From the sequence record LC819009.1: 64,000 bases of DNA. One strand, written 5' to 3'. The notes under the pieces are model-generated. The model did no database searches. It was not told where the DNA came from and saw nothing but the letters and a program-made list of their open reading frames with translations. The position numbers and the translations under genes were made by a program. This document shows positions 10,082-20,074 of this stretch, piece after piece (position 1 is the stretch's first letter; every line of letters begins with the position of its first letter).

Positions 10082-10971
10082 TACTGCATCTCCTCTTCGG
10101 CTTTGTTGATTTTGTAAATCAAGCCTTCCGACTTATCGCGCAGGAGTTTGATCTCCTTCTCGACTTGCGGGTTGGACTTGCCGGCTTGCGCTTCTTCCAG
10201 CAGCAAAATACGCGACTGGATGCGACGCAGGTCTTCCTGCGCCTCTTTGTAGCGCCATGCCTGGAACTCGACGATCCACTTGCCGATATGGAAGAACGGG
10301 TTCAGGCTGACCGGGATGAAACCCATTTTGAACGGGTCCATCTTCAGACGGCCGAAGAGCGCGTTGTTGTCGTCGCTTTCCACGTCGACCTTCACGTTCG
10401 GGATCTCGTCGAACTTCGACTTGAACTTGTCGTCCGACAGCGCTTCGAGGGTTTCCAGGAAGAACGGGAAACGTGCGTCGACCCAGGCAGCTTCGCCCTT
10501 GGACATGTTTTCCTTCTGGTAGTCCTCGTACATGCCGATGGCTTCGGTTTCGTAGATCGTGACTGCCTCGACGAACTTGCGCAGGAAACGATTCAGGAAC
10601 GAAGCGTTGTCCACCAGTTGCATCATGACAGCCGAGCGATGATCGATCGTTGCCTGCGATACCGTTTCGGGCATCGACTTGCGGATTTCCTGAGCCAGGA
10701 TATCCAGGTTCTTCTGAACCTTGTGCAGACGATCCTTCAGGTCTTCGATCACGCTCGCGTTGCGTCCCAGACGGAATGCTTCGCGATACTTCTCTTCGTA
10801 ACCGAGGACCATCTCCGACTTGGCCTTGCGGGTTTTGAACGCCGCAGCAGCGGTGTTGTAGATCGGCATGACCTTGGTGCTCAGATCTTGCTGAACCACT
10901 TCCAGCGAGGCCAGTACTTCATCCTTGCTGGTCACACCTTTGAGCGACTTGACGTATGCGTTGATATTCAT
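10081..10971 (-). CDS. Inner-body/head protein (gp90-like)
   Basis: 296 aa helical protein; strong codon bias; synteny. Confidence 0.65.
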   Translation of the reverse strand: MNINAYVKSLKGVTSKDEVLASLEVVQQDLSTKVMPIYNTAAAAFKTRKAKSEMVLGYEEKYREAFRLGRNASVIEDLKDRLHKVQKNLDILAQEIRKSMPETVSQATIDHRSAVMMQLVDNASFLNRFLRKFVEAVTIYETEAIGMYEDYQKENMSKGEAAWVDARFPFFLETLEALSDDKFKSKFDEIPNVKVDVESDDNNALFGRLKMDPFKMGFIPVSLNPFFHIGKWIVEFQAWRYKEAQEDLRRIQSRILLLEEAQAGKSNPQVEKEIKLLRDKSEGLIYKINKAEEEMQ

Positions 10972-10987
10972 GTTGGCGGCCTTGCTG

Positions 10988-12088
10988 TTAGAAGCTCGGA
11001 GCGTTGCCGAGCTGGTAAGCTTTCAGAATATCGGTGATCGAGGCGCTTTCCTTCTGGTTGGCCGCCTTGCACTCGCGGATCGACAGATCCGACACCGACG
11101 GGATACCGGTCGTGTAGAACTGCACACGGTCGTATTCCGTATCCATCACGGCCACGATGAACAGCCCCGTTGCATCGAACAGCTTCTGGCGAGCCTTGAA
11201 GTTGCTGAACTTGTCGTTCATCGCCAGTTCGACCTTCTTGATGGTTTCCGTCGTGGTCACCACCAGGTTCGTCGAGTTTGCCACCGACGGGTTGAGCGAG
11301 AGCAGGCCGGAGAGCTTGTTGCCACGACGCTGGTTGGCCAGTGCCGTGTAAACGCCCGACTTGTCTTGCATCAGGTTCTTCTTGTGTTCCTTCACGAGAT
11401 CGCGTGCCGTGAGCAGATCGACCAGATTGATCTGACCGCTGCGGTACTTGATCCAGCGCGTGGACACGTCATTGTCGACATGGCCCGTCGAGAGCAGCTG
11501 CGAGAGCAGATCCGGAACCATCGTCGATGCTTGCAGACGAATGAGAACCGGGAGCGTGCCCTTGTTGCCGCCAGCGGAGATCTGGACTTCCAGCAGCTTG
11601 CCGACAGACAGGTTGCTCGCTTCCTTGATCACTTCCGTCGAACGCGATGCCAGACCACCCGGTTCCGAGATTTCATTCTCGCCACCGAGCATCTGCGAAG
11701 CTTCGTTCGAAATCGACTTGAACGACGGCAAACGATGCTTGAAGCTTTCGTTGGACATCGTCCAGATTGCACCGGCAGTGTCGATGGCGCTGTCTTTCGG
11801 ATTGCGGTTGGGATTGAGCTTGTCCAGGTGACGAGCCACTGCGATGTTGTCGATGCTTGCCTGGAGCATGTTCCAGGACAGCAGATAGTATGCCGAAAAA
11901 GCCGAATGCAGTGACTGGGTCACTGTGGGCGTATTTTCGTTGAAGAGCACACTGGAGTCGACGATCATCAGGGGTTCGACGCGGACATTGCGCGTGTAGT
12001 CGACGTACGAATCGGCAGTGCCGGAACGCATTGCGTCGATTACTTTGCCAGCGGTAACGAGGCCGGCTTCTCCAAGCTTTTCAAGCAT
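10988..12088 (-). CDS. Inner-body/head protein (gp89-like)
   Basis: Start MLEKLGE at 12088 after AGGA RBS; SNE motifs near residue 120; synteny. Confidence 0.65.
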   Translation of the reverse strand: MLEKLGEAGLVTAGKVIDAMRSGTADSYVDYTRNVRVEPLMIVDSSVLFNENTPTVTQSLHSAFSAYYLLSWNMLQASIDNIAVARHLDKLNPNRNPKDSAIDTAGAIWTMSNESFKHRLPSFKSISNEASQMLGGENEISEPGGLASRSTEVIKEASNLSVGKLLEVQISAGGNKGTLPVLIRLQASTMVPDLLSQLLSTGHVDNDVSTRWIKYRSGQINLVDLLTARDLVKEHKKNLMQDKSGVYTALANQRRGNKLSGLLSLNPSVANSTNLVVTTTETIKKVELAMNDKFSNFKARQKLFDATGLFIVAVMDTEYDRVQFYTTGIPSVSDLSIRECKAANQKESASITDILKAYQLGNAPSF

Positions 12089-12120
12089 GATTTTATTCCT
12101 CGGGATAACAGGACTTTTAA

Positions 12121-13389
12121 ATGGATAACAGATTAGATCTAACGATCGACCAGATCTATTCACTCGGGAAAAACGGGTCGGAGACCTTGCAAGCCGGGTT
12201 GGATCGAATCTACAATTCGACGCCTCTCGGTCCGTTGCCGAGTAACATGGTCAACACGATTTACGGTATCAACCACCGACAGACTCAGTTGGCTTTGCCT
12301 TTCAACCGCGACAATTATGGTTTAACATTCTTTACGCGGCCGAGGTTGAACCTGACCACAAACAACATTCGTTTTGTTCGGCAAATGTATCCGTTGTTGA
12401 ACACGGAGCCACGGTCTATTCAGCGGATCATCCGTTGCCTGCTGGATCCCTCACTGGCCTATCCAGACACGCAATACACTCAGATCCAACCTGTCAAGTC
12501 GCCCTATGTGGACGACCTGAATATGTTTATTCCACTGCTGTCCAACCTCTGTCTGACTATTTCGGGGTGGCCTGATTACGTCGTCGATACGCATACGACG
12601 CCCGAGGGTCACTACCGGGAATCGCACAGCATGGTCGACAGCAGTATTGAAGTTAAAAACACATACGAATTGTCGGCTTCCTTTCGGAACATACCGAATA
12701 ATCCGGTCACATTATTGTTTTATTTCTGGATCTTCTACGCATCGAAGGTCTTTGAAGGTGAAATGATTCCGTATGGCTCCTCGCTGTACGAAAATGAGAT
12801 CGATTACAACACCCGAATCTACCGTCTGGTGCTGGATCCGACCAAGCGTTACGTTCAGCATATCTTGTCGACCGGGGCGTCTTTCCCCCTCAATGCGCCG
12901 GTTGGTGCGCTGGGTAACTTCGACCACGATCAGCCCTTCAATGAATCAGGGGATAACGTCAACATCCGCTTCCAATGTATCGGAATGGATTACAACGATC
13001 CGATCCAGATTCAGGAGTTTAACTCCGCTGTGACGATCATGAATCCTGGCATGGGCGATGGTTACCGTGACCAGTTCTACATCAAGATTCCTTACCAGAT
13101 CCTCTCGTTCTTCAATATGCGTGGTTATCCTCGTATCGAGAAGAGCACGATGGAACTGGAATGGTACGTGTCCTACGCGATGTTCCAGTCGTATGCCGCT
13201 CAGTTGAGTGACTTCGCCAATATCCAGGGCATGCGCAACCAGACATTCTTGCAATATATTTCCGCAGGCGACACCTCTAATTATAAGAAAGCCTTGGAAG
13301 ACCTGGATACCGAGAACCTGAATCAGACGTTTAACGGCGGCATCATTAAAGCTGATGTCAACGCGAACTCTGGTTCCTCACAGACTTAA
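12121..13389 (+). CDS. Virion tail/baseplate protein (gp88-like)
   Basis: 422 aa; GLTFFTRPRLNL motif; divergent pair with the 972-aa gene. Confidence 0.6.
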   Translation: MDNRLDLTIDQIYSLGKNGSETLQAGLDRIYNSTPLGPLPSNMVNTIYGINHRQTQLALPFNRDNYGLTFFTRPRLNLTTNNIRFVRQMYPLLNTEPRSIQRIIRCLLDPSLAYPDTQYTQIQPVKSPYVDDLNMFIPLLSNLCLTISGWPDYVVDTHTTPEGHYRESHSMVDSSIEVKNTYELSASFRNIPNNPVTLLFYFWIFYASKVFEGEMIPYGSSLYENEIDYNTRIYRLVLDPTKRYVQHILSTGASFPLNAPVGALGNFDHDQPFNESGDNVNIRFQCIGMDYNDPIQIQEFNSAVTIMNPGMGDGYRDQFYIKIPYQILSFFNMRGYPRIEKSTMELEWYVSYAMFQSYAAQLSDFANIQGMRNQTFLQYISAGDTSNYKKALEDLDTENLNQTFNGGIIKADVNANSGSSQT

Positions 13390-13403
13390 CTGGAGCCATT
13401 TTA

Positions 13404-16322
13404 ATGGGCACTATCCGTGACATCATGAACGACGCGCTGGCGGCGTCCTATGACCCTAGCGGTCAGTTCAGAGCGTCGATGCGCACGCTCGTAGCAATCA
13501 TGAATGGGGAGATCGATGACGTCTCTCCAGCCAACCCCGTGGTGATGACCATCGAGAACACGGGTGCGTTGATCGCGGCGTTCACTGAGAGCATGCAGAC
13601 TCAGACTCAGCGGCTCTTGCAGGTGAACGCTCTGACGCCTGAGGACCTCTATCCTCACATGGCGGACGTACACTTCACCAACATCTTCAATCTGCCGGCC
13701 AAGTCGACATTCACTCTGATTCTGGATAAGAAAGAGATCCTGAACCAGATGAAGCCGATTCCTGGCACGATGTCGAGCAAGGTGACGATTCCTCGCAACT
13801 CGTACTTTACGGTCTCGGATTACGTCTTCGGTATTCACTATCCGATCGATATCATCCAACAGGTGCATGGTGGAATTCGTGTTCAGTATGACACGAGTAT
13901 GCCGACTGCTCTGGAAGCGTTGTCGACCAACATCCTGAATACGCGTGAAGTTCAGCGTGACGGGGTGACGTATCTGGCAATCGACATCGACGTCTTCCAG
14001 TTCGACATTGCGAGTAAGACACCGGTAGTGACCCAAGGCACTACCTTCAGCTTCAACGTGGCGATCACGGATCTGTATTACGCGACCCGTGTCTACATGA
14101 CGAATGCTGACGGCTCGTACTCCGAGATCCCGGTAACGTACAGCGAGAAGATCTATGATCCTCTCAAGCCGTGTGCTGTGGTGAAACTGAGTGATGGGAA
14201 CGTCAATGTTTCCATCCCGCAGATCTACATCAACCAGGACATCATCCTGGGCACGCTGCGCATCGATGTCTACACCACGAAGGGACCGCTCCAGACCGAT
14301 TTCTCCAGTTTCGCTATTGGTTCGGTAGGCTACCGCTTCAGAGACCTCGATAAGAACGCTGTAACGACGTATACGGCCCCGATGACGCAGTTGGATACCT
14401 GCATCATACTGGCGGAGCAGCCCGTCTCTGGCGGCGCTCTGGCGATGACCTTCGACGAGTTGCGTACAGCCGTGATTGCCGACGCAATTGGTGATCCGAA
14501 CCTGCCGATCACGCCTGCCCAGATTCAGAACTTCATCACGCGTCTTGGCTACGACGTCATCAAGAATACCGACATCGTAACCGACCGTGTGTTCCTGGGC
14601 ACGAAGAACATGCCGGACCCGACCGATCCGTCTTTGCTCACTGCTGCGAACGCTTCTATCGAAACGATGAATGCGGCGTTCACCGATCTGATTGGTAACT
14701 CGGCAGTGATCGACAACACGGCGGATTCGAACTCCATTACCTTGACGCCTAAGGCTATCTACCAGTTGGTCGATGGCATGCTCAAGCTGGTGGACGACTC
14801 GACTCTTGCTTCGATCAATGCAATGCGCAGTGATCTGAAGGCAACTTACATCACCAATGGTGGTTTCCTCTATTCGCCGTATTACTACGTGCTGGATAAG
14901 AGCAACAACCAGTTCCGTCTTGCGCCTTACTACCTGGATAATCCTCAGGTGCTGTCGCAGACGTTCGTCGAAGACAACGAAGGCACGCTCCTGCAAGTCA
15001 ACACCAACGGGTACACGCTGGTGAAGACGGACTCGGGCTACACGCTTCGTCTGACAGTCAAATCCAACGACGACTACAAGGCTTTGCAGGACACGGACGT
15101 ACAGTGTCTGCTGGGCTTTAAGTCGCCCACGGAAGAAGATCCCTGCTGGCTCACGGGTACGCTCTACGGAACGGATCCCACGAGCAAGGAACGGATCTGG
15201 GAATTCGATCTCTCGTCCAAGTTCGCTATGGACGTCACCGATCGGATTGACTTCCGTAACTTCAAGATGTACGACACGACCGACAAGACGATCTTCGCAA
15301 GCCTCACGCAAGACTTCACGGTTATCTACGCGACTCAATCGCAAATGGGTAACCTCTTCGTGCCTGGTCTGATCGACGCATTGCTTCCGCGTTATCTGGT
15401 CGGCCTGAATAGCAAGGCGATCTGTCAGGAGAAGCTGACGCTGCAGTTCGGTCAAGCTTTGTCCAACCTCTGGGCACGTGCTCGTTCGGTTGCTTCCACG
15501 ATCGAATACGAAACATACCCGACCGACGTTATCCTGCGTTACACGGACGACGTCTGGAAGGTGGATCCGGCAACCAACAGCACGATCTTCATGGTCGACG
15601 GCAAGCCGACGCGCATTCTCCTGCATGCGAAGAACGATCCGATTCTGGATGCTAATGGAAACCAACAGGTTCAGTATCCGGCTGGTTCGATCGTGTATGA
15701 CTACACGCAGAATCCGCCCGTGCCGATCGTCAAGAACGTTCGTTATCTGAAACATCGCTTCGAGCTCTTCCTGATCGAAGGCGTCTATGCGTTCAGTAAC
15801 GACGACATCGCTGTTGCCTATCGTAACACTGTTGCTCAGACGGTGGCTTCGTGGGTGACAACCGACATGGTGAACGTTCAGAAGGCTTCGATGGATAAGA
15901 CGCGAGTCTACTTCTATCCGAAGACTATCTTCGGCACCATCGAGGTTGTGGTGGCCGATGGCATCATCCAGCAGATCTCGGCAGGTCAACGTTTCGACGT
16001 TGCTCTGACTGTGACCAAGGAAGTCTATCAGGACGACGTTAAACGTCAGCTGCTGACCAATCAGACGACGACGGTGATTGCCGCCTATCTGAAAGGCCAA
16101 ACACTTTCCAACAGCGACATCGTGGAACAACTTCGTGCAAGTTATGGCGAAGACGTTCTGGATGCTCAGGTATCGCTCTTTGGTGATGCTGCGAACATTC
16201 CGGTGATGCAGTTGGTCAATGAAGTTCATTGTTGCGGTATTCGTAAACGACTGGTGTCGCGTGACGACAACAAGCTGGTCGTGCAGGAAGACATTAACGT
16301 GACCTTCACGATGATTCAGTAA
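13404..16322 (+). CDS. Large baseplate wedge-like virion protein (gp87-like)
   Basis: 972 aa, beta-rich; size and synteny. Confidence 0.6.
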   Translation: MGTIRDIMNDALAASYDPSGQFRASMRTLVAIMNGEIDDVSPANPVVMTIENTGALIAAFTESMQTQTQRLLQVNALTPEDLYPHMADVHFTNIFNLPAKSTFTLILDKKEILNQMKPIPGTMSSKVTIPRNSYFTVSDYVFGIHYPIDIIQQVHGGIRVQYDTSMPTALEALSTNILNTREVQRDGVTYLAIDIDVFQFDIASKTPVVTQGTTFSFNVAITDLYYATRVYMTNADGSYSEIPVTYSEKIYDPLKPCAVVKLSDGNVNVSIPQIYINQDIILGTLRIDVYTTKGPLQTDFSSFAIGSVGYRFRDLDKNAVTTYTAPMTQLDTCIILAEQPVSGGALAMTFDELRTAVIADAIGDPNLPITPAQIQNFITRLGYDVIKNTDIVTDRVFLGTKNMPDPTDPSLLTAANASIETMNAAFTDLIGNSAVIDNTADSNSITLTPKAIYQLVDGMLKLVDDSTLASINAMRSDLKATYITNGGFLYSPYYYVLDKSNNQFRLAPYYLDNPQVLSQTFVEDNEGTLLQVNTNGYTLVKTDSGYTLRLTVKSNDDYKALQDTDVQCLLGFKSPTEEDPCWLTGTLYGTDPTSKERIWEFDLSSKFAMDVTDRIDFRNFKMYDTTDKTIFASLTQDFTVIYATQSQMGNLFVPGLIDALLPRYLVGLNSKAICQEKLTLQFGQALSNLWARARSVASTIEYETYPTDVILRYTDDVWKVDPATNSTIFMVDGKPTRILLHAKNDPILDANGNQQVQYPAGSIVYDYTQNPPVPIVKNVRYLKHRFELFLIEGVYAFSNDDIAVAYRNTVAQTVASWVTTDMVNVQKASMDKTRVYFYPKTIFGTIEVVVADGIIQQISAGQRFDVALTVTKEVYQDDVKRQLLTNQTTTVIAAYLKGQTLSNSDIVEQLRASYGEDVLDAQVSLFGDAANIPVMQLVNEVHCCGIRKRLVSRDDNKLVVQEDINVTFTMIQ

Positions 16323-16333
16323 CATAGATGAAC

Positions 16334-16367
16334 CATACACACCTGGGCGTAAGCCCAGGTGTGTATG
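16334..16367. terminator. Bidirectional terminator-like hairpin between convergent genes
   Basis: CATACACACCTGGGC-GTAA-GCCCAGGTGTGTATG, perfect 15-bp stem. Confidence 0.8.
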
Positions 16368-16378
16368 TGCTCTTTCGT

Positions 16379-18163
16379 TTATTCGTCTTTTTTCTCTTGA
16401 CCCGTCACGATGCGGAGAGCGTTCTCAGCTTCCGACGTGGACATGGTAATCGAAGGACGATCGTCATCTTCTTCATCCGCGCCACCGAACGACACCTTCA
16501 GGTGCTTAACGGAGACGAACGGCAGCATGTGTTGGTTGACTGTCGATTCCTGGGCTTCCTTACTCAGATCCGACAGATCATCCACGAGCTCTTCCAACGA
16601 AGGCGGAACCATCTCGCCCACCTTGTTGTAAAGCGCCACAAGACCAGCTGCGTTCTTCCTCAGCGTACTCACGACGTCTGCTGCGTTCTTGGTGACTTCC
16701 GTGTAAACACGGGAGATCTCCGCATACACACGCATCAAGCCGGCGTAGTTCTCCGTCAAGACGCGTTGCAGGCGAATGATCGATTCAGCTTGCGCTTTAC
16801 GTTCCGGGCGCGAAGGATCACGCGCAGCAGTTTTCTGAAGACCGCGTGATGCGCCTTCGAGATGTTGCAGGGCAGGCTGGGACTTCTTCAGCAGTTCGAT
16901 GAAGACGATCATGCCGCGCCAGTCTACTTCCTTCAGGCGACGCACACCGATCTGGTAACCAGAGAGCAGTTCTTCCAGATCGTTGAAGTTCGGCTCTTTC
17001 GAACCAGCTTCATGAATGCTGTTGCGAAGAGTCGATGCCCATTCGCCCGCCGTCATGAACGTGTGGGTGCCGATCTTGAATGCAGCTGGTCGTTCGTCGG
17101 AAATGGATGCCAACGAAAGAAGACCGGTGCGTTCCTTATCCCAACCTGCGCTGGGGGGTGCATTGCCTTGCGTGAAAGCAGACGTCGCTTCCTTGCCGGC
17201 AGCAAATGCTGCTTCGAGAGCGTCCAGTTCGGATGACATGATCTTGCTGTAGCTGTTGAAGCCTTCGAACGACGACGTGATGAGCGACATCGCATCGCTA
17301 CGTTCTTGAGCGAAAACAACACGAGCGTAACGGCTCGGCTTTCTCATGTACTCCAGAACTTCTTTGCCACCTTCAACGCCCATCAGTGCTTCGCCCAGGT
17401 CGATCTTCAGGAAGTGCTCGCGCTTTGCCTTCGGATCGATCTTGGTGTTGTCCAGCAGGTCGGGGATTTCAGCGATGATCTGGTCTTGAACCGACACAGG
17501 CAGCGAGGACTTGCGGACTTCCTCGTGACTGATCGCATTGGGCATGCGAATGTTCAGTTCTTTACCCCGCGTAGCTCGGACCTTGCTGACGGTGCGATCG
17601 AGAACCTTCTCCTGCTTGTCCACTTTCTTCTCGGATTCACGGACACCCTGCTCCGCTTTCTCCAGAGAACCGCCGCCACTACCACCACTCGATCCACCAC
17701 CACTGCCAAACAGCCAGTTGATGAACTTATAGATGATGGCGACGAGGAAAGCCGCTGCTGCTGCGATCACCACCCACATCTGGGTCGAGAGGGCTTCGAG
17801 ACTCGGCTCGTAGCCAACGCCCGAAACATCTTCGGTGAAGTAGTTGGGCTTGACGTGGGATTCGAGCGACGGAACGAGTTCCAGAAGCTCGTAAGCCATC
17901 CCACGACTCATGCCCTTGTTCTTCTTCATGCGGCGTTCCAGGTCAATCAGGCGATTGACGTAGGATTCGGTCGAGATGATCAGATCGATGTCGTCCTTCA
18001 TCTCCGGGAACTGGTTAGCCAATTCCGGTTGCTTGAAGAAGTTCGTATCCGGCATCTCGAAGCCGCTGTTGGGACCGCCCTCAGCTGCGGACTGCATAGC
18101 CTGAGCGCGGATCTCCTCGTTGTCGTTGAACTTGTCCCACGTGAAAAGCGAATCACCACGCAT
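16379..18163 (-). CDS. Head/ejection-type virion protein with propeptide and hydrophobic helix
   Basis: 594 aa; STE/SLE motifs; MWVVIAAAAAFLVAIIYKFINWLFG follows SLE-AL. Confidence 0.65.
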   Translation of the reverse strand: MRGDSLFTWDKFNDNEEIRAQAMQSAAEGGPNSGFEMPDTNFFKQPELANQFPEMKDDIDLIISTESYVNRLIDLERRMKKNKGMSRGMAYELLELVPSLESHVKPNYFTEDVSGVGYEPSLEALSTQMWVVIAAAAAFLVAIIYKFINWLFGSGGGSSGGSGGGSLEKAEQGVRESEKKVDKQEKVLDRTVSKVRATRGKELNIRMPNAISHEEVRKSSLPVSVQDQIIAEIPDLLDNTKIDPKAKREHFLKIDLGEALMGVEGGKEVLEYMRKPSRYARVVFAQERSDAMSLITSSFEGFNSYSKIMSSELDALEAAFAAGKEATSAFTQGNAPPSAGWDKERTGLLSLASISDERPAAFKIGTHTFMTAGEWASTLRNSIHEAGSKEPNFNDLEELLSGYQIGVRRLKEVDWRGMIVFIELLKKSQPALQHLEGASRGLQKTAARDPSRPERKAQAESIIRLQRVLTENYAGLMRVYAEISRVYTEVTKNAADVVSTLRKNAAGLVALYNKVGEMVPPSLEELVDDLSDLSKEAQESTVNQHMLPFVSVKHLKVSFGGADEEDDDRPSITMSTSEAENALRIVTGQEKKDE

Positions 18164-18174
18164 GGCGGGTCACC

Positions 18175-18651
18175 TCACGAGAGCGAGATCTTGTTGCACT
18201 CGCGCAACTTGCAGATGAGCAGGTTGGCCAGTTGGAGAACCGACGATGCCTGCATGCCGACTTCCTTGATGGCGTTCCACACTTCGACCGGCATGATCGG
18301 AGCGATGCCCAGCGCGGTAGCCAGGAATTCGAATTCCGGGTTCACGTTGTAGTCGCACGCTTCGCCGTTCAGGATACGGCTGCGCAGCAGGAACATCATC
18401 TTCGCGGCTTCGCAAGCTGCTTGCACGTCGATGAGCATTTCTTCGTTCAGGAACGAGACCGTGCGCGCGACGTTTGCTGTGTGTGCATCTGCGAACACCG
18501 TCATCGGGTTCAGTTCGTTGCCGATCTTCGGAACGAGGTGGTTGCCGATTGCCATGCCGATGATGACCGGCAGGATCAGGCGACGCTTGGCGGAATCGGG
18601 CAGCATGAGGCTGACCTTGCCAGCGAATTCTTGGACTTCGAAATTCTGCAT
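18175..18651 (-). CDS. Virion-associated hypothetical protein
   Basis: 158 aa; operonic. Confidence 0.6.
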   Translation of the reverse strand: MQNFEVQEFAGKVSLMLPDSAKRRLILPVIIGMAIGNHLVPKIGNELNPMTVFADAHTANVARTVSFLNEEMLIDVQAACEAAKMMFLLRSRILNGEACDYNVNPEFEFLATALGIAPIMPVEVWNAIKEVGMQASSVLQLANLLICKLRECNKISLS

Positions 18652-18666
18652 GATGGTGACCTGTGG

Positions 18667-19977
18667 TTAAGCGTTACGGAACTTGTTTGCGTAGTAGAAC
18701 AGCTTGTTGGACGCCATATCTTCGAGCTGTTGCTGGAATTCGATCTGTTTGCGTTTGTTGACGCCCGACGGAATCAGGTAGTCATAAACCAGGCCCACGA
18801 GTTGGGTATGGTCCTTGAAGTGATCGTTGGTCTTGTCGATGATCTCGATGTCTTCGCGAATGCGAGCCGAGTCTTCCTTCGTCAGGCCAGGTTCCTTCAG
18901 TTCGTTGATCAGGTCGTTGCGGATACGGATGAAACGACGACCTGCCTTGTCGTACCAGTCGTGATGGGCATCTGCCAGCAGGAGACCTGCGAGCAGCACG
19001 AACGTCGTGTAAGCGCCGTACACTTGACCGATTGCGATTTCGAAGATACCGAGCGCAAGCACACAGACCTTCACGAATTCCATGAAGAAGTAACCGACCC
19101 AGCCGCGACGATAGATCGTACCCTTGTACATCTTGTCGAGCGCCGTCACGAGATCACGACCAGCGCCATGACGCGTTGCGAACTGATCCGACAGGGCTTC
19201 GAAGCTGTTGATGTCGTAGCCTTCCACGCCCGACTGGCTGCGGTTCTTGCGTGCCAGGTTCGAGATGATGACCGTGTAGATCGTCGTGTTGTTCTTGTTG
19301 CCGAGATCCTGAGCATCCAGATTCGTGATCGCCAGCATATCGCCAGCTTCCTTGATGATCAGCTCACGGCGACCATGATCGGTCGTACCATCCAGTTCGC
19401 GCACCATCGTGATGAGGATCTGGTTGGTCGTACGGAAACGGATCAGGTGTTCGAAGAACGACCACACGTGACCGACTTCATGCAGGATGATAGCCGAGAG
19501 TTCCGGGCTGGAATATTCGCGGCCGTCGAAGAGCTTGTAGAGCAGGCCCTTGTTGCCGTAGATCATCGCAGCGTTCAGGTACATCTTGATCGGCGGCAGT
19601 TCTGCCAGGTAGCCGTCCACCCAGCCTGCGTTCGTATCGATGAACGCACGCACTTCCTTGTTCTGGCTCTTGCGGATGTCGGCGAGCGAGCGCTTGGAGA
19701 GCGTCGTGTCCTTCCAGCCGTAGCCTTCGAGCAGCGGGCTGTTCTTGTCCAGATGCGGGGGTTCCGTCATCATGGGCATGTCGCTCACGCTGATTTCGAA
19801 GTTGATGTTCGTGTTGTCCTTGATGCACTTGGCAACTGCGATCTCGAACTCGGTGCGAGTGTTACCGTCGCTCTTGGTACGGTACTTGTCGATGATCGCC
19901 GTCATCTCGCGGTGGAAGCGATCGTTCTGGAACGAAATGCTCTCCGGCGAGTAGATGGGATTGATGGTGGTAAACAT
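18667..19977 (-). CDS. Virion protein with zincin-like HExxH motif and hydrophobic hairpin
   Basis: IILHEVGH, downstream EALSDQFA, two hydrophobic segments near residues 295-340. Confidence 0.65.
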   Translation of the reverse strand: MFTTINPIYSPESISFQNDRFHREMTAIIDKYRTKSDGNTRTEFEIAVAKCIKDNTNINFEISVSDMPMMTEPPHLDKNSPLLEGYGWKDTTLSKRSLADIRKSQNKEVRAFIDTNAGWVDGYLAELPPIKMYLNAAMIYGNKGLLYKLFDGREYSSPELSAIILHEVGHVWSFFEHLIRFRTTNQILITMVRELDGTTDHGRRELIIKEAGDMLAITNLDAQDLGNKNNTTIYTVIISNLARKNRSQSGVEGYDINSFEALSDQFATRHGAGRDLVTALDKMYKGTIYRRGWVGYFFMEFVKVCVLALGIFEIAIGQVYGAYTTFVLLAGLLLADAHHDWYDKAGRRFIRIRNDLINELKEPGLTKEDSARIREDIEIIDKTNDHFKDHTQLVGLVYDYLIPSGVNKRKQIEFQQQLEDMASNKLFYYANKFRNA

Positions 19978-20074
19978 GTTTTGGCCGACCTTTTGTCAAC
20001 GGTAATTAAAAATCAGACGACACAATGTTGTGCCTGAAATTGTCCTACGCCTCATAAAAAAGGTGCGAAATAGA

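Noticed and set aside
13401-16340. Long antisense ORFs mirroring real genes (e.g. 13401-16340 -, 8120-9397 +, 6635-7936 +, 18232-20037 +, 26646-28799 +, 34437-36194 +, 59568-61907 +, 62128-62838 -)
   Set aside because: They are shadows of strongly biased sense codons. They show no recognisable motifs or RBS and lie fully opposite well-supported genes.
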